Source of the DNA: Mobula birostris | Taxonomy: Eukaryota | DNA length: 64,000 bases | Assembly: GCF_030028105.1 (NCBI RefSeq) | Contig: NC_092372.1 | Coordinates: 49,914,034-49,978,033 of the forward strand | Reading direction: 5' to 3' | Shown: in pieces, positions 51,970-64,000 of the stretch | Position numbering within the stretch: the stretch's first letter is position 1 | Layout: each line of letters begins with the position of its first letter | The notes under the pieces: model-generated | Told to the model about the DNA's origin: nothing | Database searches by the model: none | What the model saw: the letters and a program-made list of their open reading frames with translations, nothing else | Program-made: the position numbers and the translations under genes

Positions 51970-52612
51970 AGACCATAAGCTATAGGAACAGAATTAGGCC
52001 ATTTCACCAATCGAGTCTGCTTCACCATTTCATCACGGCTGATCTGTTTTTCCTCTCAGGCCTATCCTCTTGCTTTTCCCTCTATCCATTCATGCCCTGA
52101 CCAATCAATAATCTATCAATCTCTACCTTAAATACATGTAAAGACTTGGCTTCCACAGCCAAGTGAATTCTACAGATTCACCATTCTGGCTAAAGAAATA
52201 TCTCATCATCTCTGTTCTAAAAGGACACTCCTCTATTCTGAGGCTGTGTCCTTTGGTCCTAGGCTCTCCCACCATAGGAAACATCCTTTCCACATCCTTT
52301 CTATTGAGGCCTTTTAACATTTGATTATGTTTCAGTTAAGTCAGGTCTCATTCTTCTGAATTCCAGTGAATACCAGGCCCAGAGCCATCAAACACTCTTC
52401 ATATGACAAGCCATTTAATCCTGTACTCATTTTTGTGAACTTCCTTTGAACCCTCTCCAGTTTCAGCATATCCTTTCTAAGATTGGGGCCCAAAACAGCT
52501 CACAATACTCTAAGTGAGACCCCACCGGTGCTTTATAAAGACTCAACATTACATTCTTATTTTTATGATGTCCTCTTGAAATTAATATTAGCATTGCATT
52601 TGCCTTTCTCAT
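51970..52612 (-). mobile_element. CR1 3' fragment
   Basis: Homologous to 6692-7350. Confidence 0.82.
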
Positions 52613-53703
52613 AATGAGTCACAATGAAAATGATTTGAAAATTCTAACAAGCCTATTCAGATTTACACAATTTGGGTTTACAGATTTAAGTGCGCAGCTC
52701 TCATGCAAAACCCTGTCTTCCTTATTTTGTGCTGCAATATGAAACCATGGCCCTGTCTCCTCCACCACCACTTTCCACCATCGCGTTCTTTCCTTTCCTC
52801 CAAACACCAAAGCTGCCCCTAAGTTCTGCAATAATGACTCTTGATTGGACAATATTGGCAGATTTACTTTCATTCTTAATTAAAGTTTTAAATTACTTTC
52901 ATTATTTACTTAATTTCAATAAATAAGAGATGTGGATGTTACTTCAAATAGATCGGTTATTTGACCAACCTTGTCCATGTATCTAAGCTAATGTATGCAA
53001 AATGGGAAATTTAACAATCAGTTCTTGTACCTTAATGTATTCCGGATGATAATTGCTCACTACTGTCTGAGTGATCTTTGTCACTATCCATTGAACCAGG
53101 ATTAATGGTGATGAGCAAGTAGAAAATTTATCTTCAGGGATGATCTACCTATTAATGAAAGTGAAAAAGGAGCTGAGCATTGTACATAACATTTCCTAGA
53201 AAAGGTTCTTGTGAACTGTAGCAAGACAAACAATATTTGGGCGATGCAGTAAATTTAGGGAAAAAAAGATCATGTTCTGTAACAAAACTAAGCAGTGCAA
53301 GATAATGTCTTGTTAGGCATCATTCCCGGTCACTCAGTTCCCATACTGTGAAAGAAATAGTCAAGCTGCTTACTCTTAATTTCTGTCTTTTAATAGTTAC
53401 TCATTGGATCGATATCACAGCAGTCAAATGATATAGCAATTTCTAGTAAATTAATTTTGGTTTCAAATATTAATGGATATGAAGATATGAAGAGAAAGCT
53501 GGTTCATATATTTGAATACGATTATTTAATTGAAAATCATGGCTCAGATGTGATGGAAAGGATGGCTTCCTCTGTAGCTAACTCAGCTAAAGTTGAGCAG
53601 TTTTCTTTGTGTCAATATAAATTGCTCTTTGCATTTCATGAGTTATAATTTCTTTTTAACAGGTATTTTAGCGCTCTATAATATTTTTCCTCATTTATTA
53701 TAG

Positions 53704-53772
53704 TGATGAGATTAACGAAACCAACATTGTTTACCAACTTGCCAGTGACATGCGAAGATAGAGATCTTCCAG
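53704..53772 (+). CDS. TRAPPC13: TRAPPC13 exon 2 ([23 protein letters not shown])
   Basis: tag|...|gtaagt, 69 nt, frame continuous. Confidence 0.96.
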
Positions 53773-55420
53773 GTAAGTCAGACTAACTTATGGTGATGGT
53801 GCTCTATCACTTTATATGCTTTAAGAATGTACACTTGCCATCAATAGGCATAATGTATATCTGAATGTAAGCTGTTGTCTAGTAAGAGATTATCTCTAGG
53901 TTTCTGGAGATAGATCCTATGAAATGCATGTGTTTTGTGTGCACAAAACTCAACTGCCTCTGAGAACAAGTATCAAGATCATTGCTGATCTAAGCTAAAT
54001 AAATTGACTTGGAGTTTCTGATCTCCAAGGTTATTAAAGTCTCCTTATGCAAATGCTGATTAAAAAAAATATGCAACATCACATTTTGAATCCACAACAC
54101 TGAGAATATACCAAGTAGCAAGTGATGCTTGTAATATTTTCAGTTTGGAGCATTTTGAACCTTTCTGTACAGAAAAGTGTGCCATTAAAGTGCTGGAACT
54201 TGCTTCTGTACTTTAGTATTGAAGCACAGCCATTCGTAGGTACTAAACTCTATCAGGTTTCTAGTATGGGATAGTTATGCAGGAATGTTTTTATTTGCTA
54301 CAGTGTAGTTGATTCTTCATGATATGTGTTCCTATCGCAAAGCTTTATTTCATTGTAATAAACCATCCTTGATGTTAGAAGTTAGAGATTGTGATTATTT
54401 GACATTGGCAATAAATGGTAATAGAAATCCTAGAAGCAAACTTCATAATAAACATAATTATCAACTAAACTACATTGCTATCTTCTGAAATAGACAGCTA
54501 TTGGGACAAACCATAGCATATTGACATAATCATTGTAGTTAGAATGCACTTGGTTGTAGCAGCATGTTACTCCTGGAAGTGTATATAATGCAGATCAGAG
54601 ACATCATACTGAAGTGAGTTAACTGCATATGCCCCTAGGTTTGATGAAGATCTAGAAAAAAGTTAAATCTCTGCTGAGATGAGAAAATCTGCAGATGCTG
54701 GCAATCCAAGCAACACACACAAAAAATGCTGGAGGAACTCAGCAGACCAGGCAGCATCTATGGAAAAGAGTAAACAGTCTATATTTCAACTAGACCCTTT
54801 GTCAAGATTGAAACCTCTACTGATACTCTGCAAGGACAGCCCCGTCCTTGGTCCCTTCTAACTGTGTAAAGCTTAAATTATCCAGAATTATTGGTACAAA
54901 ATTGTTCTCAGATTATTTAAAAAATGTATGTTCATAAACCAATTCATTCTGACATTTAGCCAGCATTTCAGTATACCATAGGAGCCATAATTGGGCCCAT
55001 TATGTCCATATCTGAAAGCAGGGATACCATAAAATAGGTACTGGTCTACTGTAGTTAGTCAATTGTTGATTGTGCTATTGTTGACATCAGATGCTTTAAT
55101 CAAAACATTTTGGCAATAAGTTTATTCTTAATGTTTATATTAATTCAGGAACAAGTTTTGTTTCATGTACAAAGGTTATAGATAGTAGAGTAGTGGGTTA
55201 CACAGGGAAATACATTCTTGTACAGAAAAGAGATTGTTATTCCATGCAACCCGGTAAGTTAAAATCAAAAGTGGCCCCATTGGTAAACATTGAACAAACA
55301 GTGATCAAGCACATGCATTAAACAATAAGGAATATTAAAGTTGTGATTTTTCTTTTCTTTATAGTTCTTTATGAGTGAAGAGCTAAATATTTATTACTAA
55401 TGGTCCAATTTTTGCAACAG

Positions 55421-55520
55421 GGGATCTTTTTAGCCAGCTAATGAAGGATGATCCTTCCACAGTTAAAGGAGCAGAGACTTTTATGTTGGGTGAGATGTTG
55501 ACTCTTCCTCAGAACTTTGG
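55421..55520 (+). CDS. TRAPPC13: TRAPPC13 exon 3 ([33 protein letters not shown])
   Basis: cag|...|gtaaga, 100 nt. Confidence 0.96.
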
Positions 55521-57370
55521 GTAAGATTGCCTTAATTATTAATGCTGTTTGTTGTTAAGGTTTTACTTACATTTCTCTTTTTTTCTGGATCATTTACACC
55601 CCACATGCCAATTAGAAAAGAACCAAAAGGAGTATTGTGGAATGGTCCTTTTAGTACAGAATTAAAATGCTGTGGAAATATTTAGTGCACTCATCCAAAA
55701 GAGTCATGGGTCTTCTGTTCTGTTTTGGATTAAAGGATTTTTTTTTCTTCAGTTAATCCACTGGAATTCTGTACCATTTATTAATCCAAATGAAAATGAT
55801 TACAAATGCTGGTAATTGGAAATTACAGCAGACAATGTTGGAAAAGCCCAGTAGGTCAAATAGCATCTGTGAAAAGAGGAATAGAGCTAATACTTCAGGA
55901 TGATGACCTTTCATCAGAATTAGGCAAAGTTAGAGATGACCAAGCTTGAGTAAAAGGAGGAGAGAAAAGATTTATGTGCGATAGGATGGAAGGCCTTAAA
56001 GAAAAAAAATACTTAGTGATGTATAATGAAAGAAGCATTTTAACTGAAAATGTGGTTAATAATTTGATTAACCATCTTATCATCAATGGAGAAGAATCCT
56101 TGTTTTTTTTTAAAAAAAAGACCTTTTCGCAGAATCTGTATGGAAGATTTTATTATCCAAAACAGAAACTGGGTAAATGGAATGTTCATTTCAGGAACTG
56201 GGTGAGTAGAATCTCTATCAAGGTAGCTGTGGGAGTTGGTGTGCTTACTTTCACATCAGGTCATTCACTTGACCACTGAACTTGAGATAGTAAGATTGTG
56301 AAGAAGGTGGGAAGAATCTGAAATGGAATGTTTCACATATCTTGGAACATGATTAGCATAGCTTAGCCTCCATTGGTTCTCACATCAACACTTATTATTT
56401 TGAAGAGCAAAATGGAGGAACATTGAAGTTATTCAATGAGATACCAGTTATGACTATTGGAGAATGGTGGTAGTACAGGAATTAGACAGCTATTCAAAAA
56501 GCAAAGGGTCCCTGTGGTCTTGGTTGGGCATGGAAGTGCAGAGAGACTAGGTATCTATGGTGATAATAAATTAATAAGGAATGAAACTGGAAGGGTAAAG
56601 TATATGATATAAGAATGTAGGAAATAAAGTCTCCTTGCATGTGCTTCGCCATTTGATAAGATCATGGCTGATTTGTATTTTAGAATCATTTCTCTTAAAG
56701 TCCAAAAATCTACCAATATACTCAGTGACTGAAGCATTTTGAGGGTTCCAAAAATTCTGTACTCTCTGAAGATATCTCATTTGTCTTGCATGGCTAACCC
56801 ACTCCCCTCTCCATTTTTAATTTCTCAAGCCCCGAATAAAATTGCTGTTATTGTAGCTGTGTGGAAAGAGAGTGGGGGGGGGGGGGGAAAAATAGTAAAC
56901 CGATAAATTTTATGGACAAGCACAGGCTGAAATAGTGGGCTTATCAAAGTGTTTCTATTTGTAGATTGTGAGAAGATCTGTGTGATCATTATGAAGAGTT
57001 TTCTAACCAGTCTGAAATTTGAATTTGTCCCTTTATCTTTTGCCACATTTTCATGTGAAGCAAAGTTCCATACAATTTTGTAACAGTTAATACTTGTATC
57101 TTAATACTTCCTGTCCATTTGTTTATTCGTGCTGTCTCAGTTGAAAAGCCTTTGTTTTTCCATTCTGGGTGTTGTAGATCAGTCTCTACAAATTTCATTT
57201 TATAATTGATTTGTCCTACTTGCTGTGAGAGGAATATTTAATTTTTAAATAAAATACTTCTTTTGTAAAGCTGCAATAATAACCCCTGTTATGTATGTTT
57301 TAATGTAAATTGGTTTGCTGTTACTTTTATCGTTGTGCAAAAATAATTTGACATTGTTTTTTTTTTGTAG

Positions 57371-57455
57371 GAATATTTTTTTAGGAGAAACATTTTCAAG
57401 CTATATCAGTGTACATAATGACAGTGTGCAAGTTGTTAAGGATATTTTAATTAAG
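57371..57455 (+). CDS. TRAPPC13: TRAPPC13 exon 4 ([29 protein letters not shown])
   Basis: poly-T tag|...|gtgagg, 85 nt. Confidence 0.96.
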
Positions 57456-59580
57456 GTGAGGAAATCAGCTGTATTCTGTATGTGATTTGCGTACGGACAT
57501 GATTTAGCAACTTAGAGATCAATACACACACTATTTGGTTTTCCCATTAGATATATTGTGTGCTTGCTGGTAAACACATTTATTTGACACTGACGCATCA
57601 GTAAATGCTGGAAATCTTCGCAATGCACAAAATGCTGCTGGAACTCAGCAGGTCAAGTAGTAACTGTGAGGGAAATAAGCAGTCGACATTTCAGGCTGAG
57701 ACTCCTCATAGGACTGGAAATGACAGAGTCAGAAGCCAGAATAAGAAGGTGGGGAAGAGGGAGAGGAATGCAAATCATCAGGTACAATATAGTGTGATTT
57801 GGTAAATAAATGGAATTGATCTTTGAGGAACATATTTGGATTACTTGAGAATTGCCTGCAAGAGATTTAGATGCAGTTGTAGAATGATGGACTTGCTGTT
57901 TTTTTTTTGAAAAAGTTTTATTTACTGTCCGTCATTAATTGGAATTGGTTTATTGTCATATGTACTGAGGAACAGTGAAAAACTTGTGTATTGTTCATAC
58001 AGATCAATTAATTACACAATGCATTGAGATAGTACAAGATAAAACAATAACAGAATGCAGCTTAAAGTGTTACAGCTACAGAGAAAGTGTAGGTAGACAA
58101 TAAAATGTAAGGTCATAATGAGGTAGATTTTGAGGTCAAGAATCCATCTTATCATATTAGGGAAACCGTTCAACTGTCTGATTACAGTGGGGGATAAGCT
58201 GTCCTTGAGCTTTGTAAAAAGTGCTTTCTGGCTTCTGTATCTTCTGTCTGCTGGAAGAGGGGAGATGAGAGGTTATCCAGAGCGGGTGAAGTCCTTGATT
58301 ATGCTGGCTACTTTACTGAGGTAGTGAAAACTATAGACAGTGCCCGCAGAGGGGAGGCTGGTTTCCATGATGTGCTCTCGGTAGTTTCTTGTGGTCACAT
58401 GTGGAGCAGTTGTAATACCAAGCTGTGATGCATCCAGATGAGATGCTTTTTATGGTGCATTGTATAAAAATTGGTAAGAGCTAATGGGAACATGCTAAAC
58501 TTCTTAGCCTCCTGAGTGGTTGGTGAGCTTTCTTGCCCATGATGTCAACATGGTGGACCAGGACAGGTTATGGTGATGTTCACTCTGAGGAACTTGAGCC
58601 TCTCAATCCTCTTGATCTTAACACTGTTATAGGCAGGAGCATGCGCATTGCTCCTTGAGCCAATGACCTGCTCCGCTGTTTGCCCTTGAGAATGTGGTTG
58701 ATGAGTGTCCTTTTTTAAAAACCACTCCAAGTGATGTCTTGAAGCAAATAATGACTTCAAAGGTAAATAATGCTTCTGGCTTCTCTTGGTGTCCACTCAT
58801 TGGAATCTCCATGGATTTGCTATCCTGAGTGCTGTTATTGGAGGAAAGCTGATTCATTCAGTGCATGAGGTGGTGTTAGTTAACTATTAAAGCTCATGCG
58901 TGGTGCCTCATAGGATCTAGAGGTAATACCAATGACTTCCTCATGTTGTTTTCTGCTTCAGTTGGCTCTGTCCTGCAGTTAGTACAGGACATACTTGGGC
59001 AGTGATAGAAGAGTCTGGGATGCTGGTTGAAAGGTATGATTCTATTAATCTATTGCACTACCCCAGATGCTTATGAAGCAGAGGTTGCAGGCTTGACTGG
59101 ACTGGATAGGCCTTTGCCGTATTCAGACGATAGCCTCTCCTGTTTGTTGTGATTTGATACAACGGAGGGGTTTACTAGGCCACTTTAGAGGGCAGTTCAG
59201 AGTCAATTACGTCGTAGCAGAAATTAACCAGACCAGGTAAGAATCTATAGGTAGTATTTTAATTTCCCTTCTCTAAAAGATATTGGATCAAAGCATGCTA
59301 GACTAAGCCTGCTGCTCAGGTTTAGCACCTCTGGTCACTTTGACCCAAGTGTGGGGAAAAATTTTGGCTGCAAACCCATGTCTCCAATTCATGGTGGAAA
59401 AATGCTTCATAATTTCTGTTTCTGTGATGTTGCCATGAATATTTGGATATCATTTTCTCAGATATTTGTGATTGTGCATTGATTTTGCAGGTCAAAATAC
59501 TGCTTGTTTTTTTGATTAAACAATACTTCTTCGATTAAACAATACTTGTTCAATCTATCATTAAGCCATTTTTCTTCTAG

Positions 59581-59708
59581 GCTGACCTTCAGACTAGCTC
59601 TCAGCGTTTAAACCTGTCAGCCTCTAATGCTGCAGTGGCTGAACTTAAGCCTGATCGTTGCATTGATGATGTAATTCATCATGAAGTAAAGGAAATTGGA
59701 ACACACAT
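59581..59708 (+). CDS. TRAPPC13: TRAPPC13 exon 5 ([42 protein letters not shown])
   Basis: ctag|...|gtaagt, 128 nt. Confidence 0.96.
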
Positions 59709-62700
59709 GTAAGTTTTAATTTTTCATTTTAATGAGGGTCTGAAATATGTTTGCCTGAGAATAACAATGTAAAACTAGGGCCACAGAAAGACTCTAGTGA
59801 TAGTAAAAGAACTGTGAAGTTATGCAAAACCTCAAATAAACAGCTACATCTGGTCCCGGAGCAGAAGGATGTTCCAGGGATTTGCAGTGTGTCATCATTT
59901 CAGAGTTTTGTGTGCTATCAGTAATTAAAATTATTATGACGGTCATGAGTTTTTAATCTTGTAATGCTATTTTATTAAGAGATTACTTGTGATTAATTGT
60001 AATACTTTGGTCAAAAATTGCATTCTTTCCAAGCAAGTACAATTTTCATGTCAGAAATATATTACTCAATTGTTGGTTTGAAAAAAGAGGGTTAAAAATT
60101 AAATATTAGAATTTTTAAAAATTTACTTAAATACTCATAAATTTTACAGTCTAACTGAATATTTAGACACAAACCTATAGCATAGGATTAATACACAACT
60201 ATTATGCCTTTGACCTAAGTTGAACTGTGTAGAAGTGGAAAATGTAGCATAAAAACTGGGCCTGTAAATATTTTAGGAGTGAGCTGAAGAAATCAGAAAT
60301 CTGAACACGTTATTCTCATTTCCCGTAGCCGTCTGTAAGTTGTTTTATGCAGAGTAGTGAATGGTCATTTCCCATTTTACTCCATTTGCTATGGAGCCAA
60401 TGAAACTGGAGTAAGAGTGGGAATACATTATATGCTGCCCTCCAAAACTTGTTTTCTCTCCCTTTGACTGCATTTAAAAAAAAGTTACAATGTTTAGACT
60501 GAGATTCAATAGGATGGAAATAAAACAATAAAACTAAACAATTTCTTTAGTAACTAACGAATTTAGAATTGGTGTGAAGATTATCAGACTAAACACACAT
60601 CACTGTGCCCTTTGAGTTAGAAATCAATTTTTAAGAAATTTGATCCATGGAAAGGTAATACATAGAATCTAAACTCATTGTTACTTTTGTTTTCAGGTTA
60701 TTATATAATTGACCAATTTTGCTGACCTAAGTAGTAAAATTGCAATATATGCTACTTAGAAATCTATTGGACTGTCTCTTTTTCTGCTAATTTGTGTTGA
60801 CGTGCTTTTCAAAACTTCAAATCCTCAGCATCTTAGTCTAATTGCCTAATTTGAGTTTGCTTCATGAGCCTTGTTCTTGAACTTAGCCAGTGTTATGGCA
60901 GGCATCTGCATTATTTTAAAATGCTGACAATAGTTTAGTTTGTTGATGCACAGCTTATATGGAAATCTCAAGTTGCTGACAATGATTGAGCCTTCCTCAG
61001 TAGAATGCATTGATTGCTGATTTCAGCAGCATAATAAAACAAAATAGTTTGGAATTGTATTAACTAAATTATTTGCAATCTAGTATCACTATGTAATGTC
61101 CGGAAAAATCTTGTGGAAAGTTTTAATGTCTGAGTGTTGTTATTCATTTAAAAAAACACATATGCAACTATCCTAATGCCATCAGAGAGTACTTTTTTTT
61201 GCAAATGTAAATTAGTTTTCCTATTATAGTTTCATAGTAAAAATATTTCAGTTTAAGGAATGTCTTAAAATTGCTTTCATAGTTAACCTTAATCTTTTTA
61301 ATCTGTTTGAAACTATTTAAAGCTCTTTATAATATCGGAAATTTTTACACTTGCCTTTTCTTCCTGGACTGGTGTGATAATTTATATGATTGGGCAGTTT
61401 GATTACAAATGGCTGGCATGGATCTTTTGAACTGACACATGACCTAATGGATGTGCTAAAGGGATTGCTAAGTTATTGTGGGAAGCACCTTTGAATTTAG
61501 TGGTTAGTTCAGTTACTTTGGAGCTGAATGAAAGTCCTGTGCTAATAAGCAAGAATATGAGAAAAGTCAAGATAATCAAAAAAACACGAGATTCTGCAGA
61601 TGCTGGAAATCCAGATCAACACACAAAAAATGCTGGAGGAACTTAGCAGGCCAGGCAACATCCATGGAAATGAAATAAACATCCAATGTTTTGGCCAAGA
61701 TCCTTCATCAGGTCTCAATATAATCTACTTCCTTTTGTTCCCTAACTCTCACTATAGCAATTATTCATCAAATAGCAAATTATTAATCAGCCTTTAGTGG
61801 TAAATTGTATTAATAACTTTACTTATTTTTAACTGAGCACTGAAATTTGATTTCAAAGTTTACAGCAGGTTAAATATAAACTGGGGAGGGGGTGGAACAA
61901 TGACAAATGGAATTTAATCCCAACAACTGCGGGTTTTGCATTTTGGGAAATCAAATAGGGTTAGGATTATAGTAATCATTGTTGAGAAACAGAAGGACCT
62001 TGGGATACAAGTCCACAGTTCTCTGAAAGTGGCAACAAGGTGGATAGTTGCTTTTATCATAGAATATATTGCATCCATGAAAGACTTGGGATGTCACATT
62101 ACAAGTTGACAATACATTTGTTAGGTTGCACTTGGAATATTGTGGCCAGTCTGATCACCACATAGTAATGATTATGCTGGAAATCGTGCAGGGATTCAAC
62201 AGGATGTTGCTTGGGTTGGAGAGTTTTATCTACAGGGTGATATTGGATGTACTACTTCTTTAAAGTGAAGGGGGCTGAGGGTGACCTGAGAGAGGAATAT
62301 AATTTTGAGACACTCAAAATTATGCGAGGCATATATAGGGTAGATGGTAAGAATTTCATGATGGACTTGTCTGAAATGAAAGCGTAGCTTATGGGGAGAA
62401 AGGGCAAGAGGAAAGTTTATTCTCCACACAGAGTGGCTGATGTCTGGAATGTATTCCAAAGAAGCGGAGGAGGCAGAAACAATTATGCCTCTAGAAGCAT
62501 CTAGGCTAACACTTGAGTATCCAAGACATAGAAGCTTAATATGGGCAAATAGAATTGGTATAGGTGGGCAAAGGTCAGTGTGGTTGTGGTGGGCTGAACA
62601 CTTTTTTTTGTACAGGCTCTAAATTTACCTTGAGATACGTTTACAAAGGCAATTTAATACTTTTCCTGTTCTTTTCTACATTTTTAAGATAATAAACCTT

Positions 62701-63006
62701 GTGTCCCTGATTAAACTTTTTGGCCCAATCCCTTTAAACTAGAGATCTGTCTGAGTCTTTTTGTTATGCTTTAACCAAAAGGCATATGTGATTCTTTCGT
62801 GCCTTGGAGACAGAGACTTAAAGTAGTATTGACATTTAAAACTGAGGGACAAGGAACCTCTGCTAATTGCATTGATTAGTACCATGAAGAACTTCATATT
62901 AATTGTAGTCTTAATTGTTTGGCTTAAATTATTAAACCAATTTTATTAATTGTATATTGCATGCCATACATTTTATTGGTTTTACTTTTTGACTTTTCCT
63001 TTGCAG

Positions 63007-63079
63007 CTTAGTCTGTGCAGTTAGCTATACAACACAAGCTGGAGAGAAGATGTACTTTCGAAAATTCTTCAAATTTCAG
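63007..63079 (+). CDS. TRAPPC13: TRAPPC13 exon 6 ([25 protein letters not shown]); gene continues beyond the right edge
   Basis: cag|...|gtagta, 73 nt. Confidence 0.96.
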
Positions 63080-63110
63080 GTAGTAATTGGGATTGGAATT
63101 GGTTTATTGG

Positions 63111-63260
63111 CTCACCTTGCCCCTTAAGAATTCCGTGGACTTGATCTGAGATGTCCCTAACGCTGGCACCTGGGAGACAATATAATGTATATTGTCTCCC
63201 ATGTGCCAGGGTCAGGGACATCTCAGAATGAGCCACGGCATTCCGAAGAGGGAAGGTGAG
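63111..63260. repeat. Inverted repeat (~74-bp arms, 3-nt loop) at a CR1 5' junction
   Basis: ...GGGAGACAATATA atg TATATTGTCTCCC...; about 12 differences by manual alignment. Confidence 0.85.
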
Positions 63261-64000
63261 CAGCCAGAAATCATGGTACACATTGGTACCAATGACATGG
63301 GTGGGAAAAGGGGTGATATCCTGAAAAATGAATATAGGGAATTAGAAATGAAGCTAAAAAGTAGGATCTCAAACATAATAATCTGTGGTTTGCTGCCTGT
63401 GCTAAGTACCAATGAGGGTAATAATGCGTCTGTAGATGAATGTGTGGCAGAAGAATTGGTGCAGGGAGCAGTGTTTCAGATTTGTGGATCATTGGGATCT
63501 TTTCTGGGAAGGTATGACCTGTACCAAAGAGGTATGTGTCACTTGAACATGAGGGGAACCAATGTCCTTGCAGGCAGGTTCCCTAAAGCTATCGGAGAGG
63601 GGTTATGCTATGTTGGCAGGGGGATGAGAACCAGAGTGATAGGTCAGATAATTGAACAGTTGGGCAGTTGGTGTAAAGTTAGATGCAATATATAGAGAGG
63701 CTGAGGAAGGATAAATGAAGTCAGTTGGATGGATTGAAATGTGTTTACTTTGTGAGAACTAAGAGCATGGATCAGTACATGCAGATGTGATGTTGCCATT
63801 AGAGGCTGGCTGTCACAAGGGCAGGAATGATTACTGGATGTTCTGGGGTTTAAGTGTTTCAAAAAGGACAGGGAAGGAAGTAAAGGGGGGGGGGAAGTGG
63901 CATTGCTAGCAAGAGATGCTGTCTACTGAGTCAGTGCAGGTGGAAGTCAGAAATAGGAAGTGAACAATCACTTTAATAGTATTCTGTAGGCCACCAAATA
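63188..64000 (+). mobile_element. CR1 LINE 5' part (ORF1 SGNH esterase-like remnant and start of APE)
   Basis: CLPGA.VRDIS, VHIGTND, HLNMRGTNVLA motifs. Confidence 0.78.

Noticed and set aside
59514-59551. 19-bp tandem duplication near the TRAPPC13 exon 5 acceptor (similar 20-bp one at ~21113-21150)
   Set aside because: Ordinary slippage duplication; no functional evidence
1-64000. CRISPR arrays, rRNA/tRNA genes, prokaryotic operons, U12-type introns
   Set aside because: None seen; the sequence is eukaryotic with GT-AG introns, and no donor matches the GTATCC U12 consensus

Overview
Vertebrate genomic DNA, most likely a cartilaginous fish (ray/shark; inferred from the repeat landscape). It holds the conserved TRIM23-TRAPPC13/SHLD3 locus. 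TRIM23 coding exons 1-7 lie on the minus strand (25667 down to 670; the ARF-domain exons fall off the left edge). TRAPPC13 coding exons 1-6 lie on the plus strand (45933-63079; the gene runs off the right edge). An intact single-exon SHLD3 (shieldin subunit 3) ORF is nested in TRAPPC13 intron 1 (48714-49448). The two divergent genes are about 20 kb apart and the gap is mostly transposable elements. Repeats include many CR1 and Rex1/Babar-like LINE fragments, tRNA-SINE-like copies, Tc1/mariner and hAT DNA elements, and a prolific Penelope-like (GIY-YIG) family. Most notable observations: (1) the Penelope terminal repeat carries a minimal hammerhead ribozyme and also occurs as tiny fold-back insertions with 13-15 bp target duplications; (2) the predicted SHLD3 mRNA turns the TRAPPC13 start codon into a uORF and has a stop-1nt-start junction (TAA-T-ATG) directly before SHLD3; (3) fold-back hairpins at CR1 5' ends; (4) a three-layer TE nest just upstream of the TRAPPC13 promoter. 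All calls were made by eye, without database searches.
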